Below are positions 39,644-47,177 of a DNA stretch of 64,000 nucleotides, piece after piece. Every line of letters starts with the position of its first letter. Position 1 is the first letter of the stretch. Origin of the DNA: Synergistales bacterium (GTDB lineage: Bacteria > Synergistota > Synergistia > Synergistales > 79-D21); assembly GCA_036722335.1 (NCBI GenBank), contig DAIMJI010000002.1:7739-71738 (forward strand). The letters are read 5' to 3'. Made by a program: the position numbers and the translations under genes. The notes under the pieces were generated by a model, which ran no database searches, was not told the DNA's origin, and saw only the letters and a list, made by a program, of their open reading frames with translations.

Positions 39644-40113
39644 ATCACTTCGATGAACTCCTCCGGGGAAATGGATAAAGACAGTTTCCATGCCCCGCGT
39701 CCTTCCCTCTCCAGCCTGATGATTCCGCCCGTGGCCATCGGAAAGGTTTCCGGGTCCTGGCGGCCGCAAAGGAGAAAACAGGCGAGCTTTGGAAGGAAAG
39801 GAGAGTGCCCGGCAATAAGGACGTCTTCGGATACTTGCCCGAGTTCCTCGGCGAAAGGCTTGGGATCATCTTTTGGAGCAAGTCCCTTTCTCGGCTCGAT
39901 CCGGGTTTCCAGGCCCATCTCCCGCAGGAGCCTCTCGGCGGTTTGCCTGGCCCTCAGCTTGTCGCTGCAAAGAAGAATCCGGGGTTTCGCATCGATATCC
40001 TTCAGGAATTTTCCGGCCAGGGCAACCTCTTGCACTCCTCGGGCGGAAAGCGGCCTTCCCGGGTCCGCGGCTTCATCCAGGGCCTCTCCGTGCCTGACGA
40101 GGTAAAGGAACAT
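39640..40113 (-). CDS. sixA: Phosphohistidine phosphatase SixA
   Basis: 157 aa. LYLVRHGEA is the histidine-phosphatase RHG motif, followed by LIAGHSPFL. Confidence 0.75.
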   Translation of the reverse strand: MFLYLVRHGEALDEAADPGRPLSARGVQEVALAGKFLKDIDAKPRILLCSDKLRARQTAERLLREMGLETRIEPRKGLAPKDDPKPFAEELGQVSEDVLIAGHSPFLPKLACFLLCGRQDPETFPMATGGIIRLEREGRGAWKLSLSISPEEFIEVI

Positions 40114-40141
40114 CCATCTCCCCCCTTGAATCGCTTCTCGA

Positions 40142-40828
40142 TCAATCCTGATCTATGGCCGGATCACGAATGACCGCCCTGCAAGGCGTTCCTTCCACTC
40201 CCCGGATCTTCAGGGGGAAGGCATGAAGGAAGGCGTGCCGGGCCCTTACCGAATGAAGGTTCACCAAACCTTCCAGCAGGAGTACCCCATGCCGGGCAAA
40301 GTGAACGTTGACTTCAAAGTTTTCCGTGCTCCTTGATTCGAGCCCTACCGAATCGATACCGATAAGCCGGAAGCCAGTCTGTTCCGTCAGGAAGGCCGCG
40401 GCATCCAGGGAAAGCCCAGGGCGCCTGGTTGGTGCAAGTTCACCCGTTTGAATGACCTCCTCCATATGCCCGGTACGCAGGACCAGGATGGGAAGCTGCC
40501 TTTCATCAGGATGGATCAGGTTTTTCAAATCCTCGGAAGTCGTATCCTTTCCCCGTTTTTCAAGGTCGACGATAAGGCAGGGTCCCTCGAAGTCGTTTAT
40601 GCGAAAAAGATCGATCGTTTGTCCGTTTTCCAGGAAATAATGGGGACCCTGGATGTGAGTCCCGGTTTGCGTGCACAAGGTCAGGTCGTAGACGTATTCC
40701 CTGTTCTTCCCGCTGACCCGGTTGTGGGGTCCCGTTTTTGAGAACTCCGGGTTCCCCGGGAAAGAAAACGCATCCATCCAGTGTGAAACGTCGACCAGGC
40801 GTTCCCGGCCCGGGTCGATCATGACCAC
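40142..40828 (-). CDS. Cyclase-family (kynurenine-formamidase fold) protein with a divergent metal motif
   Basis: 228 aa. The segment CTQTGTHIQGPHYF aligns to the family signature HxGTHxDxPxH, but the first His and the Asp are replaced by Gln. Confidence 0.7.
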   Translation of the reverse strand: MVMIDPGRERLVDVSHWMDAFSFPGNPEFSKTGPHNRVSGKNREYVYDLTLCTQTGTHIQGPHYFLENGQTIDLFRINDFEGPCLIVDLEKRGKDTTSEDLKNLIHPDERQLPILVLRTGHMEEVIQTGELAPTRRPGLSLDAAAFLTEQTGFRLIGIDSVGLESRSTENFEVNVHFARHGVLLLEGLVNLHSVRARHAFLHAFPLKIRGVEGTPCRAVIRDPAIDQD

Positions 40829-41415
40829 CTCAGTTTATTATGTTCGTTGACGAAGGCCTCGACTTTCTTGTACTCCTCCTGCTCCCTCTCGATCTCTCCC
40901 CGTCTCTCCTCTATCCTGTGCTCGAGACTGTCCATCAGGTTTTTGTTGAATTCCTTCGCGTCATTGTTGATGAGGCCCGTGTAGGTCGAAAGGGATTCGA
41001 CCTCCTGGCGGATTTTTTCCGAAGCACCCTCTATGGGGAGGGCAAGGATGACATTGCCATCGGCCAATTCGCCTGTGGGAGCCGGTCCGTTCGTCCGCGT
41101 CGGGGTGTAGTCGAAAAGCGACTCAGGGCCGACGTAGGGGATCGAAACGACAACGTGGCTCTTGTAGACCGGGACGGGGCGGCCGTTCTTTTCCACCCGG
41201 CCAATTTCGATTTTCTTGAGTTCCGAAAGCTTCATCCTCTTGAGGTCGAGTTCCACGCTGCCAAGGCTGTACCGGCGGTAAAGGGTTTCAATGCTCCTTT
41301 GGCGGCCGATTTCAACGACGTCCGGAAGATCGAGCCTTTTGACGTCTTCTTCTATTTCGCTCATGATCATCGTGAATCGGTCTTCAATGTTTTTCTCGGA
41401 AAAAAACGTTTTCAT
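40819..41415 (-). CDS. Hypothetical protein (198 aa, no recognisable family)
   Basis: The start is placed at ATG 41415 (MKTFFSEKN). The upstream 62 codons of the track ORF are a read-through of tRNA-Sec and its terminator. The protein is soluble and acidic, with a charged C-terminal helix (EERRGEIEREQEEYKK). It overlaps the cyclase gene by 10 nt. Confidence 0.6.
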   Translation of the reverse strand: MKTFFSEKNIEDRFTMIMSEIEEDVKRLDLPDVVEIGRQRSIETLYRRYSLGSVELDLKRMKLSELKKIEIGRVEKNGRPVPVYKSHVVVSIPYVGPESLFDYTPTRTNGPAPTGELADGNVILALPIEGASEKIRQEVESLSTYTGLINNDAKEFNKNLMDSLEHRIEERRGEIEREQEEYKKVEAFVNEHNKLRWS

Positions 41416-41477
41416 CTTTCCGCCCCTTTCCAGGAAGGATTGTATGTCAAGATTAGCACAAGCCACCCGGGCCTGGT

Positions 41478-41510
41478 AAAAAAACGCAGCCCCTGGCAAA
41501 AGGGGCTGCG
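41478..41510 (-). terminator. Rho-independent terminator of selC
   Basis: Minus strand: 10-bp stem CGCAGCCCCT/AGGGGCTGCG (written on the plus strand), a 6-nt loop, then T7. Confidence 0.85.
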
Positions 41511-41521
41511 GCAAAGTCGGT

Positions 41522-41619
41522 TGGCGGAGGCGTGTGGGAATCGAACCCACCGAGGCGGCCTTTAAGCCACCCCCGCCGGGTTTGAAGCCCGGGGTCATCA
41601 CCAGACAGCACTCGCCTCC
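41522..41619 (-). tRNA. selC: tRNA-Sec (anticodon UCA), CCA encoded
   Basis: 98 nt: GGAGGCGAGTGCTGTCTGGTGATGACCCCGGGCTTCAAACCCGGCGGGGGTGGCTTAAAGGCCGCCTCGGTGGGTTCGATTCCCACACGCCTCCGCCA. It has anticodon loop CT-TCA-AA, a 6-position D-stem with a 4-nt TGGT loop, a long ~8-bp variable arm, a 5-bp T-stem and discriminator G. This is the bacterial tRNA-Sec architecture. Confidence 0.88.
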
Positions 41620-41631
41620 GTGACTGCCTGA

Positions 41632-42186
41632 CTATTGTAGGGAATGGCCCGGTTCCTGTCCAGACGGGTCTGGTTCGAGGGCCTGGAACGGGTTTTCCCG
41701 CAGCATGCGTGCTTTTCCCCTGATTCGAGTCAGGGCGTTCTCAACCTTTTTCTGTTGCCAGCCCAACACTTCCGAGGCACCGGCCGCGGAACCCGTGTAA
41801 AGGAAGGCTTCCATGCAGGCAAGCTCAAAAGGGCTCAGGAGGCTGAAAAGCGATTTCGCCGCAAGGCGGATGTCTATGTCTTCCTCGCTATCGGGCTCGA
41901 AAGAGAGCGCCTCAAGGTCTTCATCGGTAAGGGGCAACGAGGGGCGAAGCCTTCTGAGATAGGAAATCATCCTGTTCCGGGCGCACCGGCGGGCAAAGGC
42001 CGAGAAGGGGCCCTTCACTGGATCGTAGGATGAGGACGCCAGGACAAGGCTGAGGAAACCCTCCTGCACCAGGTCCTCCCTCAGGGTTGGGTCGGAAGGG
42101 GCAAGTGCCCTCGCTAGCCCGCGCACGATAGGGGTCATCTCGATCAGGATTTTCTCGATGGGGAGGGAGTCTTCCTCTACGTGCAC
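41632..42186 (-). CDS. Small sigma-70 family RNA polymerase sigma factor (regions 2 and 4 only)
   Basis: Region 2 is DLVQEGFLSLV...FSAFARRCARNRMISYLRR. Region 4 HTH is LSPFELACMEAFLYTGSAAGASEVLGWQQKKVENALTRIRGKAR. The proposed start, GTG 42186, lies one nt after the pdp stop; the alternative is ATG 42138. Confidence 0.7.
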   Translation of the reverse strand: MHVEEDSLPIEKILIEMTPIVRGLARALAPSDPTLREDLVQEGFLSLVLASSSYDPVKGPFSAFARRCARNRMISYLRRLRPSLPLTDEDLEALSFEPDSEEDIDIRLAAKSLFSLLSPFELACMEAFLYTGSAAGASEVLGWQQKKVENALTRIRGKARMLRENPFQALEPDPSGQEPGHSLQ

Positions 42187-42187
42187 T

Positions 42188-43492
42188 TTAATCCAACACC
42201 TCGAGGACGACTTTTTGGGCGGCAGCCTCCGGGGCGATTTCGAAAGAGGCCTCAAGAAGTTCGGTGATGATCTGGATGTTCATGGTTCCATGATGGTAGA
42301 CAGTGAATACGGGATCCCCCTGAGAGACCTCCGTCCCGATTTTCGCCATGATTTCGATGGCTACGGCATGGTCGATCTGGTCCTCTTTGCGTTGCCTGCC
42401 TCCGCCAAGGTGTCGAAGCGCCGTTCCAATCCTATTGGTCTCGAAGGAGGCGATCTTGCCCCTTGCCTTCGCCCTGACGAGCAGTCGTTCTGCCGCGAGC
42501 GGAAGGTTCTTTTCCGGGAAATCAAGGCATTCCGGATCGGCTCCCTGGGATTCGAGAAGCCGCTTGAAACGCTCCAGCGCCGCACCACTTGAAAGCGCCT
42601 CGGCGCAACGGTCCCTCCCCGCCTCTTTCGAAGGCGCCGCACCCGAAAGGAAAAGCATCGCACCTCCGAGGGCAAGGCAGAGTTCCCTTGTATCATCCGG
42701 ACCGGAACCTTTAAGGACATCGACGGCTTCACGGACTTCCGCCGCGTTGCCTACCCACCTTCCCAGGGGTTGATCCATCCCCGAAATGACGGCGAGGCTC
42801 TTCCGGCCCAATGAGAGAGAAAGTTCAACCAGTTGGCGGGCAAGGGTCCGGGCTTCATCGATGCTCCGCATGAAGGCCCCGCTTCCCGTCTTGACATCGA
42901 AAACGAAGGCGCGGCTGCCCCCGGCGATCTTCTTGCTGACGATACTGCTCGCGATCAGCGGAACGGAGGGAATGGTGCCGGTGACGTCACGGAGTTCGTA
43001 AAAACGTTTCTCCGCAGGCGCAAGTTCTTCCGAGTGCCCACTGATCGCGCAACCGATCCTTTCGACCTGGTTCACGAATTCTTTCATGGAAAGATGGGCG
43101 CGGAACCCCTCGATGCTTTCCAGCTTGTCCACGGTTCCCCCGGTAAAACCAAGTCCCCTGCCGCTAAGCTTGGCTACCGGGGCGCCGCAGGCAGCCACGA
43201 GAGGGACCAGGACAAGGCTTGTCTTGTCTCCTACGCCCCCGGTGCTGTGTTTGTCGACACATGACAGTCCGGGAGGGAAAAGGACGGTCTTCCCGGAGTT
43301 GGCAAGCGCGACGGTGAAGGCTTCGAGTTCCTGTTTGCTCAATCCCCGGAGGAAAGCCGCCATGAGCCAGGCCGCCGCCTGGTAATCGGGGATCTTCCCC
43401 TGGTGGAAAACCCTGACGAAATCCTCGATTTCACCAGGCGCATGTTCGAGTCCGTCTCTTTTGTCCTCGATGAATCGAATCGGGTCAAGCAC
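42188..43492 (-). CDS. pdp: Pyrimidine-nucleoside (thymidine) phosphorylase
   Basis: 434 aa with VDKHSTGGVGDKTSL and LSGRGLGFTGGTVDKLES motifs. Confidence 0.9.
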   Translation of the reverse strand: MLDPIRFIEDKRDGLEHAPGEIEDFVRVFHQGKIPDYQAAAWLMAAFLRGLSKQELEAFTVALANSGKTVLFPPGLSCVDKHSTGGVGDKTSLVLVPLVAACGAPVAKLSGRGLGFTGGTVDKLESIEGFRAHLSMKEFVNQVERIGCAISGHSEELAPAEKRFYELRDVTGTIPSVPLIASSIVSKKIAGGSRAFVFDVKTGSGAFMRSIDEARTLARQLVELSLSLGRKSLAVISGMDQPLGRWVGNAAEVREAVDVLKGSGPDDTRELCLALGGAMLFLSGAAPSKEAGRDRCAEALSSGAALERFKRLLESQGADPECLDFPEKNLPLAAERLLVRAKARGKIASFETNRIGTALRHLGGGRQRKEDQIDHAVAIEIMAKIGTEVSQGDPVFTVYHHGTMNIQIITELLEASFEIAPEAAAQKVVLEVLD

Positions 43493-44324
43493 GGGGTGTC
43501 TCCAGCCTGCGAACGAGACTTTCGATGAGCCGCGCCAGGGACGCTGACGCCTTTTCCATTTCCAGCAAGACCTCCTCGTGGGTCAAAACCTGGCCTGTCA
43601 TGCCGGCTGCCGCGTTTGCGACACAGGAGATCGCGCATGTCCTCATTCCCATGTGCCTTGCCACGATGACTTCCGGAACGGTCGACATCCCGACGAGGTC
43701 CGCTCCCAGGACCCGGGCCATCCTGATTTCCGCGGGCGTTTCGAAGGAAGGGCCGGAAAAGGCGACGTAAGTGCCTTTCTTGAGAAGGATCCCGTTTTCC
43801 CTCGCGGCTTCATCGGCAAGGGCCAGAAGCTCCGGGTCGTAGGCATGAAGCATGTCCGGGAAACGAGGGCCCCATCGTTCAACGTTCGGTCCGATCAATG
43901 GGTTCGTGCCGAGCAGGTTGATATGGTCCTGGATCAGGACGAGGTCTCCGGAACGGAGGCCGTAATGGATGCCCCCGGATGCGTTCGTGGGGATGTAGAA
44001 AGGGATTTCCCAGGAACCGTAGACGCGTGTGGAAAAGGTGACTTCTTCCATGGAGTACCCCTCGTAGTAGTGAACGCGGCCCTGCTGGAGCAGGACCGGG
44101 ATCCCTCCCAGCTTTCCGTAAAGGAGCCTCGCCGCGTGTCCGGGAGCCGTGGAGACAGGCCAGTTGGGGATGTCCCGGAAGGGAATGGCGAGTGGGTCTT
44201 CGAGCTGGCTGGCCATGGATCCGAGGCCGGACCCGAGGACGATCGCCACCGTTGGCCGGAAGGGGATCCTGTCTTTTATCCACGAAAGCGTTTCGAGCAC
44301 ACGGTGCTGCAGGTTCATGACCAT
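43485..44324 (-). CDS. punA: Purine nucleoside phosphorylase (PunA/PNP type)
   Basis: VAIVLGSGLG...FSGPSFETPAEIRMARVLGADLVGMSTVPE. The start is at ATG 44324 with an AGGGAGGAA SD. Confidence 0.88.
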   Translation of the reverse strand: MVMNLQHRVLETLSWIKDRIPFRPTVAIVLGSGLGSMASQLEDPLAIPFRDIPNWPVSTAPGHAARLLYGKLGGIPVLLQQGRVHYYEGYSMEEVTFSTRVYGSWEIPFYIPTNASGGIHYGLRSGDLVLIQDHINLLGTNPLIGPNVERWGPRFPDMLHAYDPELLALADEAARENGILLKKGTYVAFSGPSFETPAEIRMARVLGADLVGMSTVPEVIVARHMGMRTCAISCVANAAAGMTGQVLTHEEVLLEMEKASASLARLIESLVRRLETPRA

Positions 44325-44353
44325 TATCGGTTCCTCCCTTATCCGTCCGTTTT

Positions 44354-45241
44354 CTAGGCCCTGGGGTGGCAACGGTCGTAAATGTCCCTGAGTTCGACAT
44401 CGAAATGGGTATATCGTTCGGTTGTGCCGATGGAAGCGTGTCCCAGCAGTTCCTGGAGGGTCCTCAAGTCCATGCCTCGCCTTAGGAGGTGAGTTGCGAA
44501 AGAGTGTCTCAGGACGTGCGGGTGGAGCCGGGAAACGGGGATGCCTGCGAGGTGCCCCCTCTTTTGGACAATCCTCCAGATGTCCTCTCTCCGCAGGGGT
44601 TTGCCTGAGCGTGTCAGGAACACTTCCTCCCCTTTTGGCCTGAAAACGGGCCTCGTTTGGCCGACATACTGCTTAAGAGTCCGCCTGCTCGTCCCGACTA
44701 GCGGGACAATGCGTTCCTTGTCACCCTTGCCGATGACGCGAAGAATCCCCCCGGAGAAATCGATGTTCCCCAACCGGAGCGTGCAGGCTTCGCTGGCCCT
44801 GAGCCCGCATCCGTAAATTGTTTCGAGGAGGGCCCTGTCCCTTTCGTCCATAGGGGAGTCACCGTTGCAGGCCTGGATGATCCGCTCGATTTCCCCTTCA
44901 CCCAGTATCTGGGGCAATTTCCTGTCTTTGGCGGGAAGAGGAAGCCTTTCCGAATCCGGGGCCCTCATTCCTTCCTCTTCGAGGAAGCGCTTCCAGGTGC
45001 GAAGAGCGGCGGCGTGTCTCTGAAGGGTGCTCTTGCTCCTCGACAGGGAAGCGAGATGACGCAGGTAGCGGGCAAGAACCGCCGAGTCAGGGACATCTTC
45101 TTGGATGCCCGAGGCTTTGGCAAAATCAAACCAGCTTTTCAGGTCGGCCCGGTATGAAGCAACCGTGTTTGCGCTGGCCCCCCGTTCGAACTCCAGGTAC
45201 TGGCAGAAGGCCTTGATAAGTCTTCCGGGGTCGTCGGGCAA
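44354..45241 (-). CDS. Tyrosine recombinase XerC/XerD family
   Basis: 295 aa. The N-terminal SAM-like domain has YLEFERGASANTVASYRADL. The catalytic residues lie in LRHSFATHLL and LGHASIGTTERYTH. TTG start with a GGGGGTGA SD. Confidence 0.85.
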   Translation of the reverse strand: MPDDPGRLIKAFCQYLEFERGASANTVASYRADLKSWFDFAKASGIQEDVPDSAVLARYLRHLASLSRSKSTLQRHAAALRTWKRFLEEEGMRAPDSERLPLPAKDRKLPQILGEGEIERIIQACNGDSPMDERDRALLETIYGCGLRASEACTLRLGNIDFSGGILRVIGKGDKERIVPLVGTSRRTLKQYVGQTRPVFRPKGEEVFLTRSGKPLRREDIWRIVQKRGHLAGIPVSRLHPHVLRHSFATHLLRRGMDLRTLQELLGHASIGTTERYTHFDVELRDIYDRCHPRA

Positions 45242-45258
45242 AGTCTCTCACCCCCATC

Positions 45259-45289
45259 AAAAAAGGGCAGGCGGCTATGCCGCCTGCCC
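45259..45289 (-). terminator. Rho-independent terminator after the NUDIX gene
   Basis: Minus strand: 11-bp stem (GGGCAGGCGGC/GCCGCCTGCCC) followed by T6. It ends 17 nt before the xerC/D start codon. Confidence 0.8.
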
Positions 45290-45306
45290 AAAGTAAAGCA
45301 GAAACT

Positions 45307-45837
45307 TCATTGTTTGGCGAGATACCAGGCCAATGCGGCTATGGTTTTCGCGTCCTGGAGGTGCCCACTCTCAAGCAGTTCGTGAATCTCATCCTTCCTG
45401 ACAGGGACGACGTGGATGAATTCGTCATCATCCGGGTCAAGGCGTGAAGCGACGAGACTCGAGGCGAAGAAAAGGGTGACCTTCTCATCGCTGAAACCCG
45501 GGGAAGTGAAAAAGGTTCCCCACTCCTCAAGTTCCCGGGCGTCATAGCCGATTTCCTCCTGGAGTTCCCTTCGAGCCGCTTCGAAAGGGTTTTCACCGGG
45601 TTTCAGGAGCCCGGCCGGGATTTCCAGTATCTCCTGGCCGATGGCGTCCCTGAACTGCCTGATCAAGAATACCGTTCCGTCCGGGCCTACCGGTAACATC
45701 GCGACTGCCGGCAGGTGTTCCACGATCTCTCGAAGAGCCGGTTTGCCCGTAGGCAGCAGGACCTCATCCAGCCGCAGGGTGAGAATTCGCCCTTCGTAGA
45801 TCTTGCGGCTCGCTTGAACTCGCCATTTGCCTTCCAT
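45307..45837 (-). CDS. NUDIX hydrolase (ADP-ribose pyrophosphatase-like)
   Basis: NUDIX box GLLKPGENPFEAARRELQEEIGY. Confidence 0.85.
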   Translation of the reverse strand: MEGKWRVQASRKIYEGRILTLRLDEVLLPTGKPALREIVEHLPAVAMLPVGPDGTVFLIRQFRDAIGQEILEIPAGLLKPGENPFEAARRELQEEIGYDARELEEWGTFFTSPGFSDEKVTLFFASSLVASRLDPDDDEFIHVVPVRKDEIHELLESGHLQDAKTIAALAWYLAKQ

Positions 45838-45843
45838 TCGACG

Positions 45844-46404
45844 TTACTTGCCGAGTGCTTTTCGAGCGACCTCTACGCCCTTGTCGAAAGCGGTCATGTT
45901 GATTTCGACAAGAGCGGCCTTTTTCTTTCCCATCAACTCGGCCAGCGTGGTCTTGCATCCTTCCACGCTGACGAGGTCGGAGGCTTCCGCGAGGGCCCCA
46001 AGGGTGATCACGTTCGCCACCTTCTCGTTTCCGAGGTCAAGCGCCATCGTGTTGCAGGGAACCGCGATGACGGTGATGTCTTTCCTCTGCTCGGGATAGC
46101 TGACAAGGTCCGAATTGTAAAGCAGCACGCCCCCCGCCTTGAGGTCGGGTTCAAACTTGGCCAGCGAGGGCTGGTTCATGATGACAAGGCAGTCCGGGTG
46201 AGGGACGACCGGTGAGCCGATCTCTTCCTCGCTGATGGCCACGCTGCAGTTGGCCGTTCCTCCCCGCATTTCGGGGCCGTAGGAAGGGATCCAGGTGACG
46301 AAACGGCCTTCCTTCATGGCCGCATGAGCGACGATCTGGCCCAGGAGAAGGACTCCCTGGCCGCCGAAACCAGCTGCGATCAGGCCACGCAGAAATTTCG
46401 CCAT
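45844..46404 (-). CDS. 2-oxoacid:ferredoxin oxidoreductase, gamma subunit
   Basis: 186 aa with GFGGQGVLLLGQI, the typical gamma-subunit N-terminus. Confidence 0.85.
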   Translation of the reverse strand: MAKFLRGLIAAGFGGQGVLLLGQIVAHAAMKEGRFVTWIPSYGPEMRGGTANCSVAISEEEIGSPVVPHPDCLVIMNQPSLAKFEPDLKAGGVLLYNSDLVSYPEQRKDITVIAVPCNTMALDLGNEKVANVITLGALAEASDLVSVEGCKTTLAELMGKKKAALVEINMTAFDKGVEVARKALGK

Positions 46405-46420
46405 TGTCTTTCTCCCCCTT

Positions 46421-47164
46421 CTATTCGGGCGTCTTGAACTCGCCCAGCGGGAACTCGGGCATCATGTGCTCTTCCAGCCAATTGGTGGCGTCAACGGGGC
46501 GCATTCCCCAGTTGGTCGGGCAGGTGGAAAGGATTTCGACGAAAGAGAAACCTTTCCCGTCGATCTGGGTCTGGAAGGCTTTCTTCAGGGCTTCCTTCGC
46601 CTTAAGGGTGTACTTGGGTTTTGCGACGCTCACCCTGGCGATGTAGGCGGGAGCCTGGAGTGTCGAGAGCATCTCGCACATACGGATCGGGTAACCGGCA
46701 AGTTTCGGGTCCCTCCCGAGGGGGCAGGTCGTTGCTTTCTGCCCGATCAGGGTCGTCGGAGCCATCTGCCCGCCTGTCATTCCGTAAATGGCATTGTTGA
46801 TGAAAACGACCGTGATGTGCTCTCCCCTGTTGGCGGCGTGAACGATTTCGGCCATGCCGATGGAAGCGAGGTCGCCGTCCCCCTGGTAGGTGAAGACGAC
46901 CATGTCAGGGCGCAGGCGCTTGCAGGCGGAAGCCACCGCGGGTGCCCTCCCGTGGGCGGCCTCGTAGGAATCGACATCGATATAGTTGTACAGGAATACG
47001 GAGCATCCGACTGGAGCGACTCCGGCCGTCTTCTCCTGGATACCCAATTCGTCGATGACCTCAGCCACCAGCCGGTGAGCCACTCCGTGGGTGCACCCCG
47101 GGCAGTAGTGGGTCGTAACGTCTACCATGGCTTTCGGTTTTTCGAAAATCTTCGTCTCGTTCAT
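46421..47164 (-). CDS. 2-oxoacid:ferredoxin oxidoreductase, beta (TPP-binding) subunit
   Basis: 247 aa with CPGCTHG and GDGDLASIG...[14 protein letters not shown] motifs. Confidence 0.9.
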   Translation of the reverse strand: MNETKIFEKPKAMVDVTTHYCPGCTHGVAHRLVAEVIDELGIQEKTAGVAPVGCSVFLYNYIDVDSYEAAHGRAPAVASACKRLRPDMVVFTYQGDGDLASIGMAEIVHAANRGEHITVVFINNAIYGMTGGQMAPTTLIGQKATTCPLGRDPKLAGYPIRMCEMLSTLQAPAYIARVSVAKPKYTLKAKEALKKAFQTQIDGKGFSFVEILSTCPTNWGMRPVDATNWLEEHMMPEFPLGEFKTPE

Positions 47165-47177
47165 GGATGACTACCCC

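Noticed and set aside
40819-41601. 260-aa version of the hypothetical gene starting at 41601 (MMTPGFKPGGGGLKAASVGSIPTR...).
   Set aside because: The first 62 codons are simply a translation through the selC tRNA and its terminator. The ATG at 41415, downstream of the terminator, is the credible start.
39640-45241. selC as the integration site of a genomic island, since selC is a classic island target in enterobacteria and a tyrosine recombinase lies nearby.
   Set aside because: There is no integrase adjacent to the tRNA 3' end and no direct repeat of the tRNA 3' segment that I could find. By eye there is no compositional shift. The recombinase at 44354-45241 has XerC/D features and sits in conserved housekeeping synteny (NUDIX-xer-punA-pdp).
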